Shown piece by piece: positions 53,568 to 64,000 of a stretch of 64,000 nucleotides of DNA; position 1 is the first letter of the stretch, and every line of letters begins with the position of its first letter. The stretch comes from Lingula anatina (Eukaryota > Animalia > Brachiopoda). The translations under genes and the position numbers were made by a program. The notes beneath the pieces were generated by a model. It was not told where the DNA came from and did not search any database. It saw nothing but the letters and a program-made list of their open reading frames with translations. The DNA lies in assembly GCA_051362555.1 (NCBI GenBank), contig CM120645.1:9610001-9674000 (forward strand), read 5' to 3'.

Positions 53568-56500
53568 TTTTTGTAGCACTGGTTTAAGTATGTACCTAGA
53601 TTTGATTGGTGCTTGTAAATGTAACCCGTTTTTTTAATAATTCATATTTTGATTTTGGTCACATTTCTTTTAATTGGAAGGTTCCATCATTGATATTTTA
53701 TCATCAGTTAAAAGAAAACAATGTTGTCCAATATCTTTTTTCAGACTGCAGAAAGTATAGCCCTACAGTGCGGTAATGAAAAGGCTTCCAAATTTATTAG
53801 CATGTTTAAAGGTAAGTTCAGTAGAAAACTCTCCCAAAAAATATTGATATCACTAATATTGGTGATGTTCATGATGGTGTTAATTGCAATTCAGCTGATG
53901 GATGCACAGCATGCCGTCAAGGCAGTTAATTTTTAAAGTAACTGAGGAACACTTTGCATGGGAAGTTATTTGTAAATCATGTTGTCAAGTAGGAACCTAT
54001 TCATTTAGCACCAAGTATAAGGCCCAATATGCAATAGATAAAGCGCAAGTCACGGAGCTGTAGGAGAAAAAGAGAAGATAGCTGATGAGACAAATGGAGT
54101 CAGTTCTCTCCTCTGCTTCATGTAGCGCTTTGAGACGAGTGCTTTATCTGACTATTTCAACCATGGTCAGAGCAGAATACAGTAGAACCCACTATGCTCT
54201 GTACCATGTAGTGTTGTGACTTTACATGGGAAAGAGCACTGCGTGGTCTGTTTTTGTGGTCGATCCATGGTTCAAGTTTGATGTGCACATTTCCTGTGGT
54301 ACATAAGACTGGGTTCCCATACCTAGATTGATCTAGCAAGATCAATCCATTCCCACGGGATTTCTCACTAAATTGCTTTTAGCTTAAGCTGCTTAGATGT
54401 CTGGCACACCTACTAAAGCTGCTAAGCGATAATTAATTACCCAGCAGCTTCAGTAGGCGTGACAGAAATCTTAGCCTCTTAAGTTGATTGCAATTTATTG
54501 AGAAAGATCAATCCACAATTAGTACAATAGAGTCTGGGAATGGTCCCTAAGTTCAGGTCATGGACGTTTTCCCAATTATTTGACCCTGTGAGAAGTCTAC
54601 CATGCTGTTTAAACATATGATATCATGACACACACCAAGCATTAATATAAGATATCTGCGAAGATACTTTCGGAGCAGATGTTAGTTTTAAAACTGGCAA
54701 AATGTCGTATGTCGATGTTGTGCCAAAGGTGCTGATGCTCATGATTTTGTTCAGCCTGAATTCAGCCCTACCTCCAATTGTCCCAAACAACACTTGTCAA
54801 CCAAAGTATACCAAAGATGGGAAGGCAATGTTCATGTTAGAGCTGCCAGTCATTACGGTAGGAAGTTCTGGAAATTAAACCATGGCAGATGTGGCTGCTT
54901 TGGAAAAGAAGGTCCATTATCAGGAGAAGCTCCTCAACTCACAGGCAATCCTGGTAATGCAGCAGAAACAACAGCTAAGTCAGCAGGCTGCAAAAATTAT
55001 GGAGATGGAGAAAATACTCCATAAATTGGATGCCCTCACACCACCTGAAGACTGCCGAGACTTGCTGGTGTCTGGAAAATCACCCATTTCTGATTCCCAG
55101 ATCACAGCTTCTTCTTCTTACAAGGCTGACGATTCCTCAACACGTTCAAGACTATACACACTGACTTTTAATGCGGGTCTAGGGGGAAGCTGGCATGCTG
55201 CAAAAAGAGACATGAACCAGTGGCTCCAGTTTGACTTTGGGAGAGTGAGAAAACTAACAGCAGTGTTAACTAAAGGACGGAATGGCCAAGCCTGTTTCGT
55301 GAGGGACTACCAGGTGCATTATGGGAACAACACGTTGTTAATGAGAGCTCTCCGTGATGCTGATGGAAAGATCAAGGTATGTTCACTAACCTATGACTTT
55401 TATATCATGAGTGAAAAATTAATTCAAAAAGGAAATGATGATTAAAATTTTTGTATATAACAATAAAATATTACATTTTTTTTAGAAAAACCATCACACA
55501 TTAGAGATAAGAACAAAACTTAAAGTGATACCAGCCTTTCATTTTGGCCAAAAAATGAATTTTCCTGGGGCAAAGGACAATTTTTCCATACTTACCAATT
55601 GTAAACTAATCCATTCCCACATTCAAAATTAGTCCCTGGGTTTTTTCTAAAAAGTTTGGTTTTTTGTAATTATCTCTTAAGAGATTATTACAGAGTGTAG
55701 CTATCTATGGAGATCACGTGATTTGATGGCAAGCTCAAATTCCAAAATAAGTGTGTTAACTGCCATTTTGGGGGTAAAAAAGAATTTATTGTATTTCTGT
55801 GAATTATTTACGATATATTTATTGTGAAATATGGATATCTAACAAACGGTTGTTACCCCATTTAATAAGTGGAAACTAGGGGAAATCTTTGTCTTATTCA
55901 TCTTTTCATTTCAGACCTTCCAAGGCAACATAGATGAGGATACCATCCAGCAGAATGTCCTTGACACTCCTGTGTATGCCCGCTATCTGCGTATTAACCC
56001 AGTGTACTGGCAACATCACATTTGTATGAGGGCAGATGTTCTGGGATGTTGAAAAATGACAGTCTGGAAAAAAAACAGCATGCAAATTAATGAACATCTT
56101 ATGATGATGACAAACACATCTTAATGGTCCTTCTGAATAATATAAATACATCTAAGTTGCATTTTGTTATTGTAAATAACTCATGATGCTGGAATACACC
56201 TTAATAAGAAAATATTTCCTGAATGCTTCATGAAAAATAGATACTGTTAGACTTACAAATCTGCTTAAGCATTAAAGTTTAGTTATGTAGGAGATACAAT
56301 TGTTGTTACCACTTCTTGGTAATTAGCATTGTAAAGATAAGACCTACTTATTAGGAATGTAGAATTGACTTATGAATCAATATGTAAAAGATAAAGTTAA
56401 CTTTACAACACTTGAAGAGAAATAATAAAAATAGTTGATGAGACAAAGCTAGCCATTTCTCTCCTCTGTGTTATGTACAGCTTTTAGATGAGTGCTTTAT

Positions 56501-59500
56501 CTGACTTCATCCATAGTTTTGACAAAAAAGAAAAAGAATAGAAAAAACAATTGGCTGCACTTGGGTGTGAAAGGCATCAGAAGGTTTTGAGCATAGAAAC
56601 AGAATAGAGCTTGGCGCGGCCCATTAATAAAGTTTGATATGTAAACATATCCTCTGGCCTGAAACTTCAGGTCATGGCATGTTTTCCCACCATACTTGAC
56701 CATGTGATAAGTCTACCCTTCTGTTTAAACATCTGATATCACGTCACATGTAAAGCACTGATCTTTGATATCTGCCCACTAAAGGTCATTTTGGATCAGG
56801 TGCTAGTTTTAAGACTGGCAAAATGGCATACGTGGTGCAAAAGTTGCTGATGTTCATGGTTTTGTTTGGTCTGACTTCAGCCTTATCTCAAATTGTCCCA
56901 AACAACACTTGCCAACCAAAGTATACCAAAGATGGGAAAGTGATGTTCATGTTAGAGCTGCCTGTCATGACTGCAGGAAGTCCTGAAAACCAGAACACAC
57001 CAGACATGGCTGCTTTGGAAAAGAAGGTCCAAGGTCAAGAGACGCTTCTCAACTCCCAGGCGATCCTCATAATGCAGCAGAAACAACAGCTAAGTCAGCA
57101 GGCTGCAAAAATTACGGAAATGGAGAAAACACTTCAGAAATTGGACTCGTTCATACCCCCTGATGACTGTCGAGACTTGCTGGTGTCTGGAAAATCGCCC
57201 ATATCTGATTCCCAGATCACCGCTTCTTCCGTTTGGAGTTCCGACTTTCCACCACCACATTCAAGACTGTACACACTTGCCGACAAAGACACTAACCAGG
57301 GAAGCTGGCATGGTGCAACTAAGGACAAGAACCAGTGGCTCCAGTTTGATTTTGGGAGAGTGAGAAAAATAACGGCAGTGCTAACTAAAGGACGGAATGG
57401 CTATGTTTGTTTTGTCAGGGAATACCAGGTGCATTATGGGAACAACACGTTGATAATGAGAGCTCTCCATGATGCTGATGGAAAGACCAAGGTATGTTAA
57501 CTAAACCTATTTTCAGTATTCCTAGTGACAATATATATAAAAGTAAATAATGATAGAAGTTTTCTTTGGAAAAGAGTAAAATATTGCATTGTTTATAAGA
57601 AGCTGAAAAAATGTGTATATAGGTGAAGTATATTCTTGCTTCCTTCAATAATTATGCCAACTCAACACCACCAAATATATACAAGTGGTGCTGGTAAGTC
57701 TTTCCTCCTAGGTTCAGTCCAATAGCTTGCGCTGGCTGACTCTGTTTTAAACCACAATATGAAACAATTGATAAACATATCAAATTGTTTTTTCAAAATT
57801 CCAGATATGTTGAGGAAATAATAAATATATAAATGACGATAAAAACTTTTGGAGAAGAGTGTTAAATATGGCTACATTTTAAAGAAAATTCTTGACACAA
57901 GAACAAAAGAACAACAAAACATTGATAATAAGAAACTAAAGGAATCTTTGTCTATTTCATCTTTTCTTTTCAGACCTTCCAAGGCAACATAGATGAGGAT
58001 ACCATCCAGCAGAATGTCCTTGACACTCCTGTGTATGCCCGCTATCTGCGTATTAACCCAGTGGCCTGGCATCATCACATTTGTATGAGGGCAGATGTTC
58101 TTGGATGTTGAAAAATGCCAGTGTGAAAAAACAGCATGTTGTTGCAGATTAATGAACAATTTATTACCATGATGACACACATATCTTAATGATCTTCTTA
58201 ATAATCCTTTCTTAATTTCTTAATGATCAAATCTTATTCAAATATGTTTTAATGATTTTATTTTACTTTCAATCAGCGATAACTTTGACCCTACTCTGAC
58301 CTAAATCAGATAGTATTTTATGAATACTCCGTTCAAAGCAGACACAGTTAGACATTGACCTCAAATTTGTCCACTTTTCAGTTTGATTAATATATTGGGC
58401 TATATTGGTTACACGAAAACCATGGATGGAATATAGTGCTCATTAACTAAGAATTTTGAAAAACTTTCAAAAGTTTATCTTCTGATCAAATGTATTCAAA
58501 GGATTATATATTTTAATAAGCTATTTAATAAGATATGTTGGATTTGATTAAGTAAACATGACTCTTCATATGTGGTATGGGTTAAGATGATTCTTATATT
58601 TTTATAATGCCAATTATAATACAAAGCTTGAAAATCAATTTTTAGAAATATACTTGAATCTTATTGAAAGAATAAAATGTGATTTAAAGCAGATAAGTCT
58701 TCTTATCTTGTCTGTTGTCTTTAAGTTTTATTGGGGGTTTTTATTGGGGGAAAATATAAACCATCCTTTCATTTTGGATGTTGTAGTCAAGATATGAGGC
58801 TATCAGGTGATGATCTGGGAAAGTTCTGTCATTTCATGTTTTAGTAACATTTCACTGATGAATCAGACTGTTCTATAAGTTTTGTAATAGAAAACAGAAG
58901 TGATTTGCCACAACTTCATGTTTCATCATGTCTTACGGTGGAACTGAGCCTGGAATATGAGGCAAAACTAAATGTTTTCTTCACTTTTAAATTTTATGTT
59001 GACTTTCAATTAAAAATGGTTATGGACTATAAAAAGTCATAATGGTATTAAGTCTGTGGAGATTTTCTCTTTCAGAATAGGAAAACTGATCATACAAAAT
59101 ACAGTTTTTCTTATTTCAGAACTGCTGTCACATTCCTTGTGACTTAGATTTCATAATTATTTCTATTTTTTCTCCAGAGTATGAAAATCGACCAAAAGAT
59201 ACACCCAGATTTCTCAAGCTAGAAAATTTGCCACTAAGCCCTGTGGAAGAGGGTCTAGTTCCAAGTGAGTGTTTCTTCACAATTTATTAAAGTTTATTAA
59301 TCAGTGTTTTGTTAATATTCACAAAATATATTAACTTTTACTGGAAGGGAAAATGGGATTATTATGTAAATATAAATACAGAGATATTTGGGAATTGTAC
59401 AACATTGAAAAAACAGTAGAATTTTAAAGAAAAAAAAAACAGATGTAGCAATTGAAAGTTGCAGGGAGTTGTGTTTATCTTCTTAGCTTCCATAACAGTA

Positions 59501-62500
59501 AAACTTCTTACTTATATATTTCATCTTAAAAAATCATTTCAGGATACCCATTACTTGACAACAAAATTTCATGGACCAGGAATACGGAAGAATACTGTAA
59601 CAATTGCACGGCTCTCCACAACAACACAAACTTACTGGACAGTGAGTATGGGGCCATTCAGAATAGAGGATCCGAGTATCAACTGGTCCAAGACTCAAAT
59701 ATGGCGGACCCTACATGAAAGGAAGACCACTTAATCCTCTAATGGTCTCGCTGCCTCTCACACGCCTCACCATGCATCTGGTCCAATGGAGCCGAGATTT
59801 ATTGCTGCCCCTGCAGAGATGAAGCATGGATAGGTGTGTGAGAGGCGAAGAGACCATTACAGGATTAAGCGGTCTTCCATTCATGTAGATCTGCCATATT
59901 TAAGTTGTGGACCAGTTAGCGCTAGGAACTTCTCAATCTGAATGGGACCAATGAAACATCTGCTGTGTCACTGTAACCAAACAGAAAAATGAATACAAAA
60001 AATGACACATGATGATCTTATACCTTCGGTGCAAAAAAAAAAAAAAAAAAAAAAAAAGACAGTCTGTATGTATCATGTTACTATTTATTGCACCAAAAGG
60101 TATCAGATCCTCTCTCTGTCATTTTTCTAATGGTGCACAGAAATATTCGTAGTCTCTATACAAAAAATAATCAGTTTTTGCAAAAAAAGAAAAAATATTA
60201 TCAGTAAAAATTGTAAATGTTGTAAGTAAGAAAAAGTCAGTTCTTATTAAAGATCTACATTCATAGCTGTATTGTAAAATAACTTAATAAACTTCAAAAG
60301 GGTTAACTTACAGGTGACATACTATCAGATTTTTCTCACTCCTCTTTCTAGTCAATTCTTGTGATTTTTTAATTTTAGATAATCCGTGTTCTTTCTGGGT
60401 GATTCCTGCCACGCACCATGCATGGGTGGTGTTTGATCTAGAGCACGAGCACACGCTGACAGGAATGAGGATACTGGGCTGGTGAGTAGGCACATGCACG
60501 TGCATGCGTGCCTTTACAAGTGCTCTCATCCACATGCATCTGTTTGTGATGGTTTTGACACTTTAAAAAAACTGCTCCTGGGCTTAGGGAGTTCTAGCAA
60601 TAATTGTGTGCGCATATGCAGGCATGCAGGCACATACACGACCGCCATGGATTCAGTCCTATGTATTATGATGGTAAAATGAGGCCATAGGAGCTGTTTG
60701 TTCAATAATAGTTAATCAGTTGGATTCTTTTGAATTGATTGAAGTTTGTTAAAAATTTCTTATATTTTTCAGGGAGAGCCCTCAGATGCCAAAAACAGTG
60801 GAGCTACAAAAGGCCAATTCTCTGAGGTAAACATTGCTGGAAGAATATCCTCTAACACGTTATCATACAGTATGGAAAAAAAACATGAACTTTCTGTAAA
60901 CTTGCATATTAAAATTAGTATTTTAAAGCCAGTGGGATTTGTTAATACTCATAAGATAAACTGTTATTTAGATCGCTGTAGTATTGCAGAGTTACAGTTT
61001 TATAAAATAAATATTTCAGGGGCAGGTGGCAGACAGTGACGTCGTTCAATGTCAAGCAGAAAGGAAGTCAAAGTCCTAAGGATCCCTGTAAGCAGACTTT
61101 AAGCATTATTTATATGGTAACTGTTGGTCTTAAACATAATAATTGTTCAGTGTATTACTTTATACATTGAAAGTGATTAAGTAAGATATATTTCCATGAA
61201 CAAAAAAATTCATGTATTTCATGCCCTCTATTACTCTTATGTGGCGTGTCATGAAGTTTATTACTGTCTCAATTCTAACCTTTTTTTTTAATCGGACATC
61301 CAGAAATGCACTAGGTTGTGATTTGCCTCAACTAATGCATTTAGTACAGATACAGCAAAATATTGTTAAGATTGGCACATCTTATTACCCAAAGTGTAAC
61401 CCCCCTTCCTTGATTCCAAAATCATTATATGGTACAAAAGATTTATTTCACTCTCTGGAGAAACAGATTTCATCATTCACCAAAATACTTTCGTGACATG
61501 TGCACATTAAATCACGCCTTTGTGCAGTAAGAACATGATTCTGTTATTAAGACACCTGGGTGTATTGATTGCTGTTACGTTATCTCGACCCATGTTTCTA
61601 GAAAAGTGAGCACAGTTTCTTCAAAACATCACGAAAGGTAAACCTGCTTAAGGGCAGTGTAAGTATAGGCTTAATACAAATCAGATTTTATGCCTAGATT
61701 GGGGGACTGCCAATGGTGCCAGTATGACTAATTTATTAACAAGTCTAATGCAGTTCTGGTTTTATTTCTGTGCATTGTTATCCTTTTTCATTGAAAAGCA
61801 GAATCTCATTGTTGGTGAAATGGTATTTTTATTGCTGCAGTTTTTGTTCTAATTTGGAGGAAATCCAAGAAATGAATAATGACTCCTAGAATTGCCATGA
61901 CTTAAGAGCTTCATTATTTTTCATTATTGTTTATGGATTTGCCATTGTGTACACCTATTGAAAGATCTAGAATATCTTTCCAATTAAGCATTTTGTCTAA
62001 CAGTTGGTTGATTTAAGTTTCTACAATAATGAATTGATTGCAAATAATTGTATCATGAGTTATCACTGTAGGTCAACAATAGTTGAATTCTATATTGGGA
62101 ATTCCTTTCTGATTTAAAAAAGAAATTTTTGCTCATGGTATAGAGTTATTACCTGATGCAGTTTCTGTCTGATTAAACTCACTGTGATGGTAGGAGAAAG
62201 TAATCAGTCATTGATCTGCAAAGCAAAAAAGCATTAGGTTCCCACATCCCAGAAAACACAAAAAAATAAAGCCCTTTTTCTTTTCTTTTTGGCAAACATA
62301 TGCCACTTGATGGCAATAAAACAATTTTTTCATAGAAACAAAAGCCTCCAGCAAGGAAAACAGAGGTATCTTTTACAAAGTGTAATCTGACAACAATGAT
62401 CAATCAATTCAAATGTCTGTGGAAACACTGCTTTATCAATTAAATCAACAGTAACTGTAACTTGTAATAATGCCTCATGATCAAAGAGAATTATTTCAAG

Positions 62501-63874
62501 TATATAATTTTTCATCTGATCTATCTGCTTTTGATGCAATTGTGTAGTTACTCTAGAAGTGTTGTACATGATTATGCTTTTAATGAATGACAGACCATTT
62601 CAGAACTGTATGTTTGTAGTGTCTCTGTTGGGATTTTGCCATCATTTAAAGAAAGACTTTTAGTATCCGTGTTTGTTATGCTGTATGAGATTATGATGGG
62701 TTTACCATTTATATCTGGGTATTTAAGAAAAAAGGAACCTGTAAAAAAGTAATTTTTTTTATCTTATCCCCCCCCCCCCCCCCCCCCTCAAGTTTTCCAA
62801 GTCTTTGGGAATTATGTTACCATTGCATTTCTGGCATATTTTACCCCATTTTTCTTTAATATTATTTCAGACAGTGCACATCTAGGAAAAGATAAAACTG
62901 GCAATTTGTACACTGTGACATAGATATCAAATATTGTTAATTATTTGTATAAAAACACATCTTATTTTTGTTTCTAGGTGTTCCTCAAGATTTTCTTGGT
63001 TTTTGTTCTACCTCACGCTACTGGCGTTTTCATATTCTGGACAATCATGGCGGGCCATGTACCTGTTTCCAGGGCATTCAGTTCTACGGCATCGATGCTA
63101 GAGTTCTTTCTTTCTTTGAACAGCTGGGACTGATGCAGTATGCTGAGGAGTTCATCAAGAAGGGATATAATTGTTACGACAGCTTGCTGAATGTACATCC
63201 AACAGATTTAGAAAAAATGGTAGAGTATCTCTCATAATTTTGGGTGTAATTTTAGGTTTAATTCTAATTTTTTGTGAAATTTGTAGAAAAAATGTATATC
63301 TCACAAATTTTGGGGCATGCTTTTTACATGCTGTTCATTTTGGAAAAAAGTTTTAAAAAGTATGTTTTCTAATATAAGTATCAAAAGCTAAAATTATAAA
63401 ATCATGCCTGTAGCATATATCTAATTAAGGTCTTAATTTCTCCTACAGGTTCCTTTAGAAATGCACAGAAGACAAATATCTGTAGCTTTAAAGGATTTAA
63501 AACTTAAAGGTATGTTCCATTTTCTTTTCTACTTTTATTTACAAAGTGATGTGTAAATAAATAAATAAATAAATGTTTTGTACTTGCTAATCAGTGATGT
63601 TTCTTCCACATCAGAAAGTTTTTTAAAAGAAATCTATCATTGCATTTAATTTAATGAACTCATTTCAAGCAAAAAGCTGTTTCACATTTGCAATATCTAT
63701 AGTTACGTTTAGTTTCAATTTTTATATTCTACGTATACCTTGTAGTCTATCCAATAAGGCGGTTGGCTTGGTTAAAGTCTCCTGTCAACATGGCGCGGGA
63801 GGGTGAGACATTGCCGCCATTTACTGTACAGTCTGACCCAGAGGTGTCTGAGGAAGTCTCGCTGTTTGTTCACG
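28146..63874 (+). CDS. Ankyrin repeat + discoidin/galactose-binding-like + SAM domain protein (ANKS1/caskin-like N-terminus); first ~568 aa, continues beyond the right edge
   Basis: 17 phase-consistent GT-AG exons: 28146-28205, 28852-29020, 48583-48649, 48889-48964, 51686-51781, 52248-52323, 52648-52831, 53396-53462, 53745-53811, 59178-59264, 59543-59641, 60379-60481, 60773-60826, 61020-61087, 62978-63219, 63449-63509, 63746-63874. MGKESDFLKAVK start; ankyrin motifs GYTPLIIA, GNTALHMA, GNTPLHIA, GDTALDI, RPLHEAV; jelly-roll motifs LLDNNPCSFW..AWVVFDL..LTGMRI..SRYWRFHILDNHG..IQFYG; SAM-like FFEQLGLMQYAEEF..GY..LL....DLEKM....HRRQI. Confidence 0.88.
29425..29592. mobile_element. MITE with CAGGCCCGTAGCCAG TIRs and 5-bp TSD (AATTG)
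   Basis: aattg|CAGGCCCGTAGCCAG ... CTGGCTACGGGCCTG|aattg; perfect 15-bp TIR. Confidence 0.88.
30559..30761. mobile_element. MITE family A, internally deleted copy
   Basis: tta|GACTGGGTTCCAATACCTAGATTGAT ... GGGTCTGGGAATACTGT|tta; same core as the other copies. Confidence 0.8.
35491..35767. mobile_element. MITE family A, opposite orientation, TAA TSD
   Basis: taa|GGGACCATTCCCAGAC ... GGTATGGGAACCCAGTC|taa. Confidence 0.87.
37899..38154. mobile_element. Near-perfect 256-bp foldback MITE with TTA TSD (PIF/Harbinger-like)
   Basis: tta|GGCTTCGTTCACATGCAATGTC ... GACATTGCATGTGAACGAAGCC|tta; arms of about 120 bp with few mismatches. Confidence 0.92.
42064..43535. repeat. Cluster of GA/CT tracts: (GA)n 42064-42097, (CT)n 42773-42826, purine tract 43414-43535
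   Basis: Direct reading. Confidence 0.85.
44847..45297. repeat. Exact tandem duplication, period 229 bp
   Basis: GAGAGTGATAAGGCATGGAGTATGG...GGAATTGTTTTTTA at 44847 and again at 45076; no differences seen by eye. Confidence 0.95.
49083..49300. repeat. 18-bp minisatellite ATTGACATTAGGGAGAGA, about 12 units decaying to the right
   Basis: Units at 49083, 49101, 49119, 49137 and onward; most intact units contain TTAGGG. Confidence 0.9.
52841..53065. mobile_element. MITE with TAA TSD (PIF/Harbinger-like)
   Basis: taa|GGGTCCATTCCCAATGAAACTATC ... GATAGTTTCATTGGGAAGACGCCC|taa. Confidence 0.82.
53512..53570. repeat. (ATTT)n microsatellite
   Basis: Direct reading. Confidence 0.95.
54307..54547. 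mobile_element. MITE family A, TAA TSD, in the promoter of nested copy 1
   Basis: taa|GACTGGGTTCCCATACC ... GTCTGGGAATGGTCCC|taa; not present in the homologous upstream region of copy 2. Confidence 0.87.
54702..56052 (+). pseudogene. Nested F5/8 type C (discoidin) domain gene, copy 1; in-frame TAA at codon 59 (null allele/pseudogene, or re-initiated leaderless form from ATG 54882)
   Basis: Exons 54702-55376 and 55915-56052, collinear with copy 2. Signal-peptide-like N-terminus; TAA at 54876-54878 aligns with CAG (Gln) of copy 2. The downstream frame is intact (ISDSQITASS, SRL, GSW, NQWLQFDFG, ARYLRINP, CMRADVLGC*). Confidence 0.75.
56823..58111 (+). CDS. Nested secreted coiled-coil + F5/8 type C (discoidin) domain protein, copy 2, 268 aa
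   Basis: Exons 56823-57491 and 57974-58111. Hydrophobic signal peptide (MAYVVQKLLMFMVLFGLTSA), Gln-rich heptad coiled coil, and a complete FA58C domain bracketed by Cys (DCRDLL...DVLGC*). Confidence 0.9.
59650..59949. mobile_element. Degenerate foldback MITE
   Basis: GGGGCCATTCAGA ... TCTGAATGGGACC with matching internal arms (AACTGGTCCA/TGGACCAGTT, CTACATGAA/TTCATGTAG, CCTCTCACAC/GTGTGAGAGG). Confidence 0.82.
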
Positions 63875-64000
63875 GTAAGAAAAAACCATGTGCTCTGTAA
63901 ATGATTATAAATAAACAAGGAAATAAACTTGTGTGTGTATTATGTAATTTCTCAAATGGCCTTTGCTATCACACCCATGGTACCTGTCATTAGTACCACC

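Noticed and set aside
54562-54573. GGACGTTTTCCC as an NF-kB site upstream of the nested genes
   Set aside because: Poor fit to GGGRNNYYCC and only partly conserved in copy 2.

Overview
AT-rich, intron-rich animal genomic DNA; the gene and repeat content suggests a marine invertebrate, probably lophotrochozoan, but the taxon cannot be fixed from the sequence. I built phase-consistent spliced models by hand. There are two head-to-head gene pairs. The first is cohesin SMC1 (minus strand, 18 exons, running off the left edge) with a RIB43A/RIBC ciliary gene (plus, 4 exons). The second is SLC35E3 (minus, 6 exons, one U12-type intron) with a long plus-strand gene encoding ankyrin repeats, a discoidin/galactose-binding-like domain and a SAM domain (17 exons, 19.6-kb intron 2, running off the right edge). 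Intron 9 of that gene holds two same-strand tandem genes for secreted coiled-coil + F5/8 type C proteins; copy 1 has an in-frame stop followed 3 nt later by a strong-Kozak ATG. Non-coding DNA contains nested Helentron/HINE-like elements carrying a 146-bp dimeric satellite rich in nuclear-receptor motifs, three CAGG..CCTG elements with 5-bp TSDs, several TAA/TTA-TSD foldback MITEs, a TTAGGG-containing minisatellite and an exact 229-bp tandem duplication. No rRNA, tRNA or CRISPR was recognised.
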